Assembly: GCF_037042905.1 (NCBI RefSeq)
Contig: NC_087245.1
Span: forward strand, 4,838,001 to 4,902,000
Length of the DNA: 64,000 nucleotides
Origin: Lytechinus pictus
Lineage: Eukaryota
Direction: 5' to 3'
The notes beneath the pieces are model-generated. The model had not been told where the DNA came from and ran no database searches. It saw only the letters and a program-made list of their open reading frames with translations. A program made the translations under genes and the position numbers. Shown one piece after another: positions 1 to 14,064 of the stretch (position 1 is its first letter; each line of letters opens with the position of its first letter).

Positions 1-2413
1 GAAAATTGACAGTACTATTCATCTGAACGACCAGCAATGACAAGAGAGGACAAGAGAGAATGCTGATACATTTTGAAAAGAGACAGATGAGAGGGGTGAT
101 GGAGAATGAATAGAGAGAGGGAGAAAGAAAGAGAGACAGTTACGGGAAGCGAGAGAGAGAGAGAGAGAGAGGGTAGGGGTGGGGTGGAGAGGGGCTTGAT
201 AGAGAATAGAGGTCAGTTTAGATACAAATGGGCCAGTGAGAGAAGGGGAACAGAATAGAGATTCATAAAAGAAAAAGAATGAGAGATGAAGGAGTAGGAG
301 GGGCGCAAAAGTAAAGTGAGGTAATGAAAGGTCAACATCAAATGGAGAAAAGTGAGAGAATAAGAGCAAAGATATGAGCACAAAAGGAAAACAGAGACAG
401 GAGAATTATACAACAACAATATTAGAGAATATCGAGAGAATTCAATAGGTAGTAACCACACAGGCACTATTACAGAAGACTTAGAAGAAAATAAAATGAA
501 AGTTGGGAAGACCAAGGAAAAACTGATGAAATAGTGGAGAGAAACAAAGTATGTCTAAATAAAAAGGAGATTTTCTGAGACAAATATTGGATATCATTGA
601 CAGGTGAAATATATAAAGCCAAGATAACCTAATAGTAAGTGGAATATGAATTGGTATGAGTACTATGACCCAGACATGTAAATGCACCAGTTCAAAATAA
701 TAAAACCTTATTTCAACCTCCTGCTGCCTGCTTTTGTTATTAGCAGCACCCAGGTTTGAGTTCATTTCCTGGTAAAACCTGTACTTATTTAAATCAATAT
801 TGAGATATGAAAGTAATTTGCATAGTTTGGTGCTTTCAACTAAAAACTTTGAGAATGCAAGATGGTTTATTATAACCTGAACATGTCCGGCCAGAGTTTG
901 AGTTTATAAACAAGTGTTGCACAGAAAATTTTGTGGGCATTACAGTACATGTATATGTATGTTGTGCAGGGAACTTATATTTTGAAATGGGTTAAAGGTT
1001 ACAGTCAGACCGCAGCTCGCGCGATAATGAGCATATTCACGGAAATTTATTCAGCGGCCCTCTAGCGGTCTCCGAAGGAAAACGTGCGATCAATTTGGCT
1101 TTATTTTCCCACTGAATTGGAGGGGCTGAAGTTATAGCTCTGTACTGGTCGCTAACTTCAGTTTACGTCGAAACGAATTGTGGTAAGTTATTCTCAAGAC
1201 CTTCATCTACACTTTGGTATATAATTTTCCATATTTCGACATTTTCAACCTACCATTTTTACCACTTTAATTGATGCTTATTTTAGTAATATTTTAACTG
1301 CGATTTTGTAGTCGGAATTTCACTTTTGGTTCCTGACTTTGCTACATAACCAAATTGTTTCGATCGGAGTTTTTTAGAAAGAAGAAAAGTCACTGTTCAA
1401 AATATGTCAGAACCAACTTGACGCAAACTCACCTTATATTTTAATTTTAGAGAAAATGATACCCTAAAAATCAAGAAATTTACGTTTTACCCGGAAGTAA
1501 CCTTCTCGTTCACTCCACGATGGCGCGAAATAATGCCAAAATTACGTTCGTCGCGGGTTGGTAGAATTTCGCCTTTTTTGTCTCTTCTACACACAGATCT
1601 GCATACTTGCTGACTCTGGCCTCTGCTTGCTACTTCATTCTGGGAGATTCCATCATGTACTATAATGGTCAGACCATGATTTGGACAAAGCCCTTTTTTC
1701 GTTTGCAAATTTTGGACTGATAATGATACAACAGAAAATTGATCAATATTGGAAACAAAAAAATTAGAGCACAGTTTTGGGGAGGACTAAGAATACTGAC
1801 TTGGACAGGAATGCAGCTTGACAAAAATAAAAATTCACAATTCAAAACCAAAAAACATTTTTAATGTTACTAATAGTACATTGCAAGAAACTTTCTACTC
1901 AATCACACATTCCAAAATTAAGGGTAAGTCCTTTGATTAAACACAAACATGTAGTTGATTTGCAATTGAACATAAGTTTCTTGCAATGCCCCATAATTAT
2001 ATTTTGTTCTCAAGCAACTCTATTATATGTTATCTAATGTGCTGAAGGTTAAGTGCCATGTATGTTCACAAATTTTTTTTTTCGAAAGGTATAATATATT
2101 TGTCCTTTTAAACGGTATTTGAATGTGGTTACGCCTTGTTTTTGTTTTCCACAGTAATTATTGCATATATGAACAGAAGTGAAATATTTGTTGTGAAGCA
2201 CTGTATGAATGTTGTGTGATCATGGAGCTATGGTGTGATGGTATTATAATTAATTCATCATTTTTGTTATAAGACTGTAAACCTGGTGGATGTGAGGGAG
2301 TGGCCTGGATGAAAGGAAAGTGAGCATGTGTCCAATTACTGATTTGCATATGTTTAGACAATTTTGTTCGTGGATAAATATTAATGTGCATTCCCTATTC
2401 CAAGCAAAGAGTA

Positions 2414-2950
2414 AAGGAGAAGTCCACCCCACCAAAAAATTAATTTGAATTTAAAGAAAAATAAAGTATTGCAGAAAATTTCATTAAAACTATGATTCAA
2501 AATTCAAAAGATTACTATTTTGACATTGAGAAATTTGCCTAATTTTATAAAACAATTATATGCTCATCTTGGTCAATGTGCAAATTACAGAACCGATTAT
2601 GTCACACGCACTCTAATTTATTGTGTATTTTTTTATTTGATACATGTACATGACATGTATATTTCATTTTAATTTTCATTAACAAATTTTTGAGAGGGAT
2701 TTTAATTCCTCCATTAACATTCGTAGTTTCCATAAATGTAACCTTTTGTGATTCGAGGAAGATTTTTAAGATCAAATTTGCTAAAATTTATATAATAAAA
2801 ATGCAACAAAAATTTAAAAAGTAATGTGATGTGAGTGACATAATCAACTCTATTTGCATACCATTGTTTTGTGTATATAACTGTTTTGTTTTAAAGAAGG
2901 GAAATTTCTGTATTTATTCAAATAATTTTTTGTTGATGTGCACTCGACCT
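2414..2950. mobile_element. Degenerate Kolobok-like MITE nested in the 1002-3827 element
   Basis: Starts AGGAGAAGTCCACCCC, ends GACCT+TTAA, and resembles the 4394-4993 copy internally. Confidence 0.55.
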
Positions 2951-3218
2951 TTAACTTACTTCCCTTCCCACCCCTGCCCAAATAAGTGTAATCAAGAACT
3001 TGAAAATCAAAAGCAGTGATTTAGAAGAAGTAAGAATTAATCATAGAGCTATTAATAGCTCCATGATTTAATAAATACAGGCCTAAATAGAACTTCTCAT
3101 GAAAGCAAAAAGAGAATAAGGCTGGGTAGGAACGATGAAGGAATATGATTTAAAGAAAAAGCATAAACATATCCCCATCACCCCCCCCCCAAAAAAAAAA
3201 AAAAAAAAACAACAACAG

Positions 3219-3290
3219 TCCGGCGGGTTCGAACCAGGGTCCTTTCACTCGTCAAAACATTGCGCTTACGCAATTTGCCATCGATCTCTT
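3219..3290 (-). other. tRNA-like Pol III promoter cassette (degenerate)
   Basis: Minus strand shows A-box-like TGGCAAATTGCG and B-box GGTTCGAACCC at tRNA-like spacing, followed by a long T run. The cloverleaf stems do not pair. Confidence 0.45.
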
Positions 3291-4010
3291 CCATACTACT
3301 TCCGGGTTTTTTAAGCTATATGAAATGTTGTAAGTCTGTGCGCCGCTGTTGACCAATCAGAACGCGTCGGTAATTCTACTGCAATTCCAATCATTTTGCG
3401 ATGGACATTGCCGTGGTTTTTTGTGGTTCCTGACTTTGCTACATCATGAAATTTCATAATTCTTTTTCAGTCGTAAAGAAGAATGTCTACGCTTTATATT
3501 GATTATAATATCAATTTGACGCAAGTGTGATTTCGATGCAAAAATGCGCTCTGTTTATTCACATATATTTCTTGAAAAAAATCATTTTTTCTAAGCTAAA
3601 TATCGGTCTTCAAAATACATTAAATGTGCATTTTATTTAGCTGATGAGAAATTTCAAAGTTTTATCTATAGAATAAGACCAATTTTGTGAGGAATAAACG
3701 ATTCTAAGAGCAAAAAACACCGATCGGAAAGTTCGTCTTCACAGCTCATTACGTATGCATAACCACGGACGGCTATGCATACCGCTGAATAAAATAGAGC
3801 ACTTTCGGACGGGCTGCGGACTGACTGGTTACATTTAATGTTAGATTAACCAAATGACATCAGCTGACTATTGCAAAAGCCAAGAAGACACAAAGTTTGT
3901 ATTAACAGCAGTGTGAATGAGGTCAAGGAAAATATCTATGGATTTGGTTCAGTGTGTTAAGTAAAACATGGTTGGTATTACCATAGAAAATCTTATAAAC
4001 CACAACTTAC

Positions 4011-4173
4011 CTTTCTCCCAACATATACTGGAATCCCAATAATAATAGCTGGAACAGCTATTCCAGCAATCAGTGCTATACCAACTGGAGCTCCTACTAG
4101 AGTCCCAAGCTGCCATAGGATCTTCTTCTTACGACTCCATGGCTTCTTACCCCAGAAAGTACATCCAGAGGGG
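4011..4173 (-). CDS. RNF19A: RNF19-like coding exon 4 (post-RING2 and first hydrophobic/transmembrane segment); gene continues beyond the window start
   Basis: Acceptor TTACAG| at 4174, donor AAG|GTAAGT at 4010. 163 nt. Encodes (S)[54 protein letters not shown], nearly the same as vertebrate RNF19A as I recall it. Confidence 0.95.
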
Positions 4174-4393
4174 CTGTAATCATAACAGATAATAACCAAG
4201 ATGTTGTCATGGTTATTTCAAATTTACAATGAAATCTAAGAAATAGAGTTATTCTATTAAATGCACTTTAGTAGGTCTATTCCTACAACACCAACCATTG
4301 TATATTGTATTAAAATACTTTTCTTTTAATACATGTACATTAATTCTTTCTAAAATATAGAGCATTTGGATGTTTATAATGTTTAGCACTTAA

Positions 4394-4993
4394 AGGTCAA
4401 GTCCACCTCAGAAAAATTTTGATTTGAATCAATAGAGAAAAATCAGACAAGCACAATGCTAAAAATTTCATCAAAATCGGATGTAAAATAAGAAAGTTAT
4501 GACATTTCAAAGTTTCGCTTATTTTTAACAAAATAGTTATATGAACGAGCCAGTTACATCCAAATTAGAGAGTCGATGATGTCACTCACTCACTATTTCT
4601 TTTGTTTTTTATTGTTTGAATTATACAATATTTCAATTTTTACAAATTTGACGATTAGGACCTCATTGCCTGAACCACAAAATGTTAAAATAATGGAATT
4701 CTACGTGTTCAGGGAGGAATACTTCATTTCATATGACAATGACGAGAAAATCAAAATATTTCATATTTCATAAAATAAAATACAAAAGAAATAGTGAGTG
4801 AGTGATGTCATCGGTTCCCTCATTTGCATACTGACCGGGATGCGCATATAACTGTTTTGTGAAATGAAGCGAAACTTTAAAATGTCATAACTTTCTTATT
4901 TTACATCCGATTTTGATGAAATTTTCAGTGTTATGCTCGTTGAATTTTTCTCTTTTTATTCAAATCAAGTTTTTGTTGGGGTGGACTTGTCCT
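4394..4993. mobile_element. Kolobok-like MITE, ~600 bp
   Basis: TTAA on both sides. Termini AGGTCAAGTCCACC / GGTGGACTTGTCCT with long imperfect inverted arms. An inverted near-copy lies at 48066-48656. Confidence 0.85.
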
Positions 4994-7167
4994 TTAATAA
5001 CAAGCCACTAAAATAATAAATCAAACATTCACATAAATGCACCCCAAATTGCTTTTAAAAATAAAAAAATAATACATGTATACAGGGAAATAACATATTA
5101 CTTCAATTACATTGTGAGGATGTGAGCCCTTTTTTCTACAATGTCTGTGTAATAGGATTAACTTTCAGGTTTTTAAAGACAGAATGTTAAAATTACCGGT
5201 ATTGCTTGGTCATGATTGTACAGGTTTTAGAAACATAATATTCTTAATATCTTATTTCATTCATTTCTTTATTCATTGACTACTCGGAACTTGGAAGGTA
5301 CTACAAAACAAGATAGAAACATATTTATTCTGTCTGTAATGCACACTTTATATTTTGTAAGCACTTGGAGAGTACAATTATTGTTATATTGTAAAGCGCT
5401 TTGTGCATGTTTACATGAAGAAGTGCTTTTTAATGTAAAAATGTATGTATGTACAGCATTGTGTCATTCTTCTATTATGCCTTTAGAATTCTATCATGAT
5501 TGACCATATTGCTGAGTCTCTGTGTAGACTGCAATGCTGCACAAAAAATACAAAACGCACCACAAAATATAAGTTTCATCTCATCAGCTGCAGTCCGACT
5601 TTGTGGTTAATCATGGTATGGACTGAATAATGTACATGTACAACTAAACATTTTTGTTGTTGTTGTAATATTACAGAGGCTCAATCATGCATTATGTACT
5701 TTCATATATATGCGTCATGCAATTCAAATGTTTACTTGCCCACATACATGTACACTAACAAGCAATAACAAGGATGTTTACATGAGACTGTGTCTCCTGA
5801 TGTGTACAGTAATATCAAGGAAGATGACTCAAATTGTGTGCCATAAATCCCCTAGGAAAGATTATTTTCACAGGACACATTCTTTTTTATGTGTTTTTCA
5901 GGTTATCATTTGAGTGTGTAATGTTTTGTCATTCAAGTTTTTAAACGGGATGTTTAAGACTCTAAAAAGTCAAACTATGAAAATCAGGAAGGTTTACAAC
6001 AACAAACAGCAGCTTTTAAACACATCAGCACACTTACATGTACATGTAAGTGTGCATACACACAGGCCTCCTTCATAATTTTCCTTCAAAACAGGAAAAT
6101 TTGTAAGAGATCATTTTCATTTATGAATTGTGTTGTTGACATTCACTGACTTTACAAAAGGAAAATAAACTTCCCTGGTTATTAATAGTCATGGCTAAAA
6201 ACAAATTATATATACAGTAGACAAGCAATGATTTATAAATTATTTTCATTCTACATATCACAGCAGAATCAAACAACTTTCTCCTTTATTCTTGTAGAAA
6301 GGTTCACTCACTACACATGTACATGTACACATGCAGTTTTAGTACCCCTAAAACCTTGCATGTTCAAAATTTCAACACAGAAAAACAATGATTAAAGTTT
6401 GAAATCCTGCTAGTCATTATACACAAACAAAGCACCCTGCAGAATTCAAATCTAAAATAAAAATGATTCATGCAAGATCTATAATAGGAAGGAAGTACAA
6501 GTGTACTTTAAGTTCAGTGTCAAATGATGATTGCTATGAGCCTGCTATAAAGGGCATTGGCAAGTACATTGGAAATAGCTTTGAACCATATGCTGCTGAC
6601 TGCATAAAAACAAATATTACATGTAGGGCTACATGTTTATTTACAGAAGGCCTAGATGTATTTTCCATCGGTGTTCATGGTATTCCTAAATACAACGGCA
6701 GTAGATTTTAGGCCTACTTTACGTCATTCCGCTTTTACAACCTTCTACCATGCACATCATATCATACATACATGTACATATGTAGTAGAGACCTTGCCTG
6801 GACATTTTGTTTCAAAATGGAAAAACAAGAAGTGCAGTGTACATGTGCCTCTTTTTTTTGAAAATCCTGTCAGTGAGCACTTTTAGAAATGTACGTCCAC
6901 ATAGTGGACTGGTACGAGATGACGTCATTTTTTAGCCTGCCATATGCCTCAGGTCCTCACACACGTCCACTATCAGAATCGAGAACCTCGCCACATCCAT
7001 TTTGCGGTTCTCCTAAATCATAGTGGACGTGTACGTGGGTGACGTCATTTTGACCGTTCAAGCCCAGCGTGAAGATCAACCTTTCCCTTTTAAAACACAG
7101 TTTTCAGTGACTTTTCACAAAATTAATGTAAGTTGTACGATGCACTATGTTTATCATATTTGGAATT

Positions 7168-9726
7168 GGTCAATTCCAGCGTAACGGACATGACGTTCAG
7201 ACAAATTTTTGTAATTCAAAGCTTTTTACAGTAGAATTAGCAGTCTTTTGATAATTGTTACTGAGCTTATCAGACACATTTAAGTATCAGTTACATACAC
7301 ATGAAATTTCAAATCGTTTCGTTGAACAGTTGCGGAGAAATCGCACTCTTTGTGAGCGTAACGGACATGACACGAAATGGACGAAGCATTCTTACCTCCT
7401 ATGGCTCATCGATATTCCTGTGAATTCTTAGAACGTATGCACCTGATGTTGGTGTTAATTTAACCTTAAGATCATGCTCTGTTCATAAAATGGTGTTTAA
7501 CAACAGTTTTGCAGCGCATTCTGCATTCATAGCTCAAAATGTAGCGTAACGGACATGACACATGAAGCGTAACGGACATGACAGTTTCGTCCACTTTTTG
7601 TAAGCGGATATCATTATGTTATTACAAGATATGGTACAAGTCTAATTGTTTACATGTTAAGGCTAGAGGTTAGAGACACACATCATAACTGGTAATCTGT
7701 AATATCTCCTATTATTTTGCAATTTGAGAGAGGGGCTTTTCGTACAATATTTATAAAACCAAAATTTTTTAGAAAAATGTCTTTAACACCAGTTAACAAC
7801 AGCTAATGAGTATTTTCCAGTTACTACAATCAGCCACACCTAATTAAAAGAGAAAAAGTTGATAGTAAAGATTATTTTTTATTCATGGTTTACTATTTGA
7901 CAATATACACTAGCGTAACGGACATGACACCCTTACAAAGTGAACTTCATCAGCACTTCTTAATATCAAAATGTAAGAAATATGAATAATGAATGTAATT
8001 ATGTAACAGCAAAGTACCTTTACTAACATTCTTATGAAAAACATGTACATATTATTGGCAGGTATTATTAATTTAATAGCTATAGACTACATGATAATTT
8101 TATATAGAATACAACATAGTACCACTACGGCACACTGAGAAGACCAAATCTCATTTTTTGTGAGAAGAAAACAAAATGTACCAGACCTGTATAAATCCAA
8201 GATGAACATATATTATGAAATGTATTTTGTGATAAAGAATGTACTAGTATTAATGCCAGTTTTAAGATTTTAAAAAATGATATAAAAAAGTATTTTAAAA
8301 TTTAATAGCAGTACCTGGAAACCAGTCTTTCATTATCGATTATGTATGAGTTGAAAGGTAATCGGAATGTTTGTAAATTGCTTCTGAGATTTTTTTTCAT
8401 TCAAAATAAATATCATCCTGAGTATAATCATCCTTTAATCAAATCTTGGATGTTCTAAATCTTACGATCTTGCTTGCTAACAAATGTGGCGACTGGCTGT
8501 ATCTAATTTTGTTGCCTTGTCTGCGCTGCTTGTGTACAAATGAAGATACATCATTCAAATCGTGATTATGGTTGACCAAAATACTATGACGACATAATTT
8601 ATTGATTGCACCACATTCCTTCCACGGCCCCTTTGCTTTGTGATATTGCAAAGAAGTGCCACTGTAGATTCATGGATTCATAGAGCTGCATCATGTAACA
8701 CAGATATCTGAATACAAACTTGTTTTTAAATGTGAGCCTGTGCCATCACTGAAGAAGTTGAGGTTGGTGAAAGTCAGATACTTTGAAGCAATATCATCAA
8801 TGATCTCATGAATTCACAAGTAGGAATTTCATCATGCTCCAAACTGTCAGCAAACACCTAGATAATCAATTGTATTGTTCAAACACAAATGATGCAGATT
8901 GTGATCTGAGTATGTTGCCAGATCTAGCAGCATCTTATCCTAATATTATGTGGCATACCGTTAATTCTCAGAAAAATATACCAGAACAAGAGCTGAACTT
9001 TCATCATTTACCAACTACTAAAAATAGCTTGAATAACATGCAGATTCTAGGAGTTATTACATCCAGCTATCCTCAAGCAATTGAGACTGACCTCAGTCTG
9101 TGACACTGAGCCTAATATTTTGTTTTTGTGAATGCTGCCTTTTGTCATATATAAGGCGTCATGTCCGTTACGCAAAGTGTCATGTCCGTTACGCCATTTT
9201 AAAGAAAATGAGAAGTGGTAAGGGAAAATGATTGCTACACATGGTAGGGGGTTTAATTCTAACATAGAATCTGAATCTGCAGTACCTTCAGACAAATTTC
9301 CTGTAAGCTGTGAAAACTTTAAGTGAAAAACGTAACGGACATGACACTGATAATGATAAAGAAATCACACAAATCTGAAGATCGATTTCTCTAAAATTGA
9401 TGAATGGCATAAAATTTAACGATGATTTTCTGTTGATGTAAACATTAATCAACTATTCAAAAGTTAAAAGACACCTCTGGGACCTTATTTGCTTTAAGTA
9501 GAGACAGGAAAGATGAATTGTTTAAAAATAGCCACAATTTTTAGATTTTGCAATTTACCATTCTATTTTTTTGATGATGGAAAAAACTACAAAATTTTGT
9601 CAATATTGCGATTTTTCTATTGGAAATTGAAACTTTATAGATTACTTTTTAAGAAAATATGACTGCTTAAGTGAGATCTGAAACTTCATTTTTTCTCTAA
9701 AGTGAACATTTTCCATGGAATTGCCC
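7168..9726 (-). mobile_element. Sola2-like DNA transposon, internally deleted
   Basis: TIR GGTCAATTCCA / TGGAATTGCCC, TSD AATT (7164-7167 and 9727-9730). Repeated CGTAACGGACATGAC motif in both orientations. Decayed transposase motifs inside. Confidence 0.8.
8450..8900 (-). pseudogene. Frameshifted Sola2-type transposase remnant
   Basis: Hand translation gives NFFSDGTGS-/FKNKFVF (~8712-8759) and WHFFAISQSKGAVEG (~8617-8661). These resemble the FSDGxxxQxKN and FFATSHGKGxxDG catalytic motifs I associate with Sola2. Boundaries approximate. Confidence 0.65.
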
Positions 9727-12298
9727 AATTGCTTTCTGACCTCCAAAATCTATAACGATATATATCCTAACTCGAGTAAAAAGGAATCAAAGCAAGTGAA
9801 AGGGCACATGTGCGCAAGTCGCACCTTCGCATCACCCGACCGGGTCGCCAGGCGATGGTACGCCAGATCTTCCGGGTCGGGCAGCGAGTCATGACCCGCT
9901 TGTACACGTACAAGTCGAGTGAAATCTAAAGTATTTGCAATTGTAGTGAACAAGGGCAGACGACAACGTTGACTCAAACAATCAGACGACTGCTACGTCG
10001 TTCTCGTTCACTGCTCAAAACAAGTTTCAAACTTTTTTGATCACATAAGCCTTATAGGGCTAAATGCTAATGGTTTTAGTTGCTTTCTTTTGTGAAACTA
10101 TTCCACTTTAATGTTCATGACATATCAAGTATAGCACAAAAAATCAAATGGATTGTCTTATCAAGGACTGGTCACACAAACACCTGACCTGACCTGGTTA
10201 CTCCACAGTTCGAAGTTTACTTAAGGGGTCAAGGTCACTTTATTGCAGGGTACTTCCAAAACAAATGGGAAAAAGTCTGAAGTTTGTAAACAGGCACTAA
10301 AAATTTCCAAGGCCTGTGGATTGTGCATTGTGGCAAGTCAATAGGACATCCACAGCCATCAAATTTGATAAATTGAAGTCCTCTAAAGTTACAGTATAAG
10401 AATTTGTATGTACTGTATATGATTTTCATTTTAAAGTTTTTGGTAACTTAAACTTGGATTCGCAATCAGATGATATGGATGTATTCCTGAATAGTTATCA
10501 AACCAAGAGAATAAAAGGGATATTTCATTAAAAGATGTGTAACTTGATGAATTGGTAGTTTCCTCTGAATGAATAGGAAAATACAGGTAAACAGAAAATA
10601 AGCCTACAGTACATGTATCTGAAAAGATTCATTTTGTGATTAATTCATACTGGTCACTGTAGCTATCAACATCTGGAAAGAAAAATTTGACTCAGCTCTA
10701 CTATCCTTATCTTGAATGAAAATTAACATCTATGTGCAGAAGATCATACCGTCTATTTACTGGGCTGAATTACATAGTATGACAATTGATTTAAAGAATT
10801 CCTAAACTCTTTGTATAATTCCATGCTTGCTTTAAGTTGCCTCAGTATGAGGACATGTTTACTCATTAGACTAATAATACAAAGTACAGTTCTATTGACC
10901 TTATGAGGGAAAAGCAAATATGGTGCAATGTTTGCATGTCAGAGTCCGGTCCAATACTGCACAGTCACTCTATACAGGCTTTAAAGAACAAGATACAAGT
11001 GGGTCCACTGATCACACCCAAATTTGCCTCATAATCCTTATACTTTGGAATTATCATTTAATACCAAAAGTGTGAATTAGACTAGCTTATTCCCTACATA
11101 ACCTGATAAAGATTTATGGGCTTGCAATTAGAATGCTAAAATATTAAGCCAACACAGTATATGAATATAAATTGATGACTTTAATCCTTGTTTGCACAAA
11201 TAGACAGAACAGCTCACCAGAAATAGATAAACTGAAAATGAGAGGAAGAGAAGGGAACACAAGCAAAAGCAAAATGAGACAGAGACAAAACAACATAAAA
11301 AAACCAAACTTAAGTTACAGAAAAGAAAAACATCCATATGCAAAGTGAAAGAAAAATTAATTTGAGAAAAGGGTAACAAAAGAAAGGGGGAACAAATTAC
11401 ATACTTATACATGTACACTGTCGGGAAGACATGAATTGTGAGAAACACACATGGAGAGAAAAGTAATCGATCTTTAAAGAACGCAAGAGATAGAGGCAGG
11501 AAAAATGAGGCTAGGCGAGACTAGAATGAGACAAAGCCAAGGAAAGAAAACGATGAAAGTGCATTTCTACAATGCAGCTCCAGAGATGTATCCATAGGGC
11601 TAAAGCATGCCATGGAATGGATAAAGAGCTTTGAGGTCACAAATCTTCCTAAAGCTTTGCATCTAACCTCACCATCTTATAAGATCATATTTCATCTTTA
11701 CAACTACCATAGGAAGCAGATGGTGACAAAGTTGATTAGGATCAGAGGACGAGGACGTATAATCCTTGATATCCTCTCTTGCATTTAGTTTCTCTAATTC
11801 TCAGATTTCACATCTTTTATTCTCTCAGGACCAGCTTAATAAAAAAATAAAATATGGATTTGTGACCTCTTTTGTGGGTAAAATAACTAGCTATGAATCA
11901 TATTTGCTACATGTATCCCCTAAGGATCACTGTTCGTGATAGAATGAAAATGAGAGGGGTATGTGTATTGAGACTACCCACACTAAACTAATAACTGATT
12001 GGTAACTGATACCAAGTCAAACGCAACTCAAGACAAAATAAGCCTATGTTAGTATGAAAATGTGTTTTGTATCTTTTCTAAGAAGTTGAACATTTTTTAA
12101 AAGTAGATCCTTTTATAGCAATTTCATGATAATCAATGTCATTATTCAGGGATGTCTGTCAGTTTTGGTCACTAGGCCTGAGGGCTGAAAAGGAACCAGA
12201 ACATATTAAAGCCCTATATGTTGTGTCAATTATAAAGTCTGAAATCAGTCAAAAGCCTGAAGACTGGCATCGTTGATTATTACCATCATTATTTTCAG

Positions 12299-12698
12299 CA
12301 GGGCTCCACACAAACCCTTTTATTCAACTGGTCCAACCTGTTCATGTCAAACCAGAACAAACCCAGTTTTCAATTTTTACTGGTCCAAACCTATAATTTA
12401 CTGGTCCCCCAAAATAAAGAAAAACATTTTAAAAAGACTTGATTTTATTTTGCTGTCTATTATTGGTTTTATTGCCCCCCCCCAAAAAAAAAAAAAAAAA
12501 AACCCATAAAAACAAACAGTACACACACACACAACATAATTCATGAGAGCCATTCTTTAAGAGGCAAATATCATTATTACAGTTTTATATATTTTTTTAC
12601 TGGTCATGCCAGATAGTAAATTTTGCTCTTCTGAAAATTTACTGGCTCGACAGCAACTTTAACTGGTCTGGGACCGTCAGACCAGTGCCAGTGTCGCC
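12299..12698. mobile_element. hAT-like MITE, short relative of the 56040-58135 element
   Basis: Starts CAGGGCTCCACAC and ends ...GGGACCGTCAGACCAGTGCCAGTGTCGCCC, homologous to the ends of 56040-58135. Confidence 0.6.
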
Positions 12699-13539
12699 CA
12701 ATGTTTTAAGCATCTTGAATCTATTCATCATGTTTATGTCTTTGTAATATCTCCATCCTTATTCTCCATTCCCAGTATTGTAAATCATTAAACTGATTTA
12801 ATTGATTAACTAATTGTATTTCTCCTGATTCACTCAGAATGAATCATACATATGATACTGATAAACAACACTAGTATAAAAAAATTCATTAAGCATTAAT
12901 TTGATTCTGACTAAGCTAATAATAATATGTCCTGATCCATGGTTGTGGATGTGGGTGTTTGAATAAGGAAGAAATTCAGAAGCTACAAATGTTCTCTCAT
13001 TTATCAATGACACAATAAAAGATAATTCTGAAGAGGTAAACAATTGCATGTACACTCATTGTATACACAGAGCATCTTGCTTGTGATGGTGTTTTTGCCA
13101 TTTCTGTTTTGGAATAAGCAACTGTAAATATTGTACTCATACTCATACTAATATTCCAGTTGATGCCTGACTTCTCCTGTCTCATGTGTATGTTCATTAT
13201 CTAATATTTTTTTGAACTTTTTGTTGTTTCATATATACAGATTCGATTTGGGTGCAGTTGTTAAGGTAATTTCTAAAAGGTCAACACTATTCTATTAAAA
13301 GTAACCAAGTTGAAAAGTAAAAGACTGGGGATTGATATGGACATTAGATCATATCAGCCAATGTTAAATTAATTATGTTGGTATGTCATGTAGTATTCTG
13401 TGGGTGTGTCCTCTAGTATACAACAAGTTTTATTTCATGACAGACAAATTTAATCAAGGAGCATACAACAATAAAGTCAATAAAGAGATCTCAATTCTTG
13501 GAATGAATTTGATTGTTTGTATCATTCTAGCTGTCTCAC

Positions 13540-13684
13540 CTGAGATAATGTAGATCTGATATCTCCTTCATACACAGCCAACAGAACTCAGCTCCACATA
13601 CAGCACATGTCATGTGGTTACATGAACCATCATCCAACTTGATGATCAATGCTGTACAACGAGGGCACTGTTTGATTTGATCCT
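13540..13684 (-). CDS. RNF19A: RNF19-like coding exon 3 (RING2); absent from the ORF track
   Basis: Acceptor TTGCAG| at 13685, donor AG|GTGAGA at 13539. 145 nt. Hand translation: [48 protein letters not shown](S). Confidence 0.95.
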
Positions 13685-14064
13685 CTGCAAAGGGCAAAAA
13701 ATATGATTATTCATTAGATATAAACATATGGGATCACAATCTTACTTGCAGCAGCATGATTTCAAAAGTCATACTGCAACACAGATGTTTTGATCTATAA
13801 TATGAATTCATAAATATTTATTTGGTCCACTACTGAACACCACATAAAGAAAAAAATACAAGAAAACATTCAAGTAGAGAAAAATTGATGGTGAATCAGA
13901 CAAAAAAGTGCTTTGTTCAGATGGAGCACAATGACACCCTGATATAATAGAAACAGGCACTAAAGGATAATTCATTATTAGTGCTGGACTTACACTCCTT
14001 TCATGGTTATTCAATATTTACTGATAATTTTCTTCATTCACTTTAAAATTGAAAATGAATTTTA

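Larger units (their letters stand above)
1002..3827. mobile_element. Non-autonomous DNA transposon with CAG...CTG termini and 4-bp TSD (unclassified; Academ- or Sola-compatible)
   Basis: TIR CAGTCAGACCGCAGC / GCTGCGGACTGACTG. Subterminal inverted TTTATTCAGCGG / CCGCTGAATAAA. TSD GTTA at 998-1001 and 3828-3831. Internal direct repeat TGGTTCCTGACTTTGCTACAT at ~1327 and ~3424. Confidence 0.75.

Noticed and set aside
19..765. Minus-strand ORFs as a next RNF19 exon
   Set aside because: Low-complexity translations that lack the expected RNF19 continuation.
3219..3290. Functional tRNA gene
   Set aside because: Acceptor and anticodon stems do not pair. Kept only as a tRNA-like cassette.
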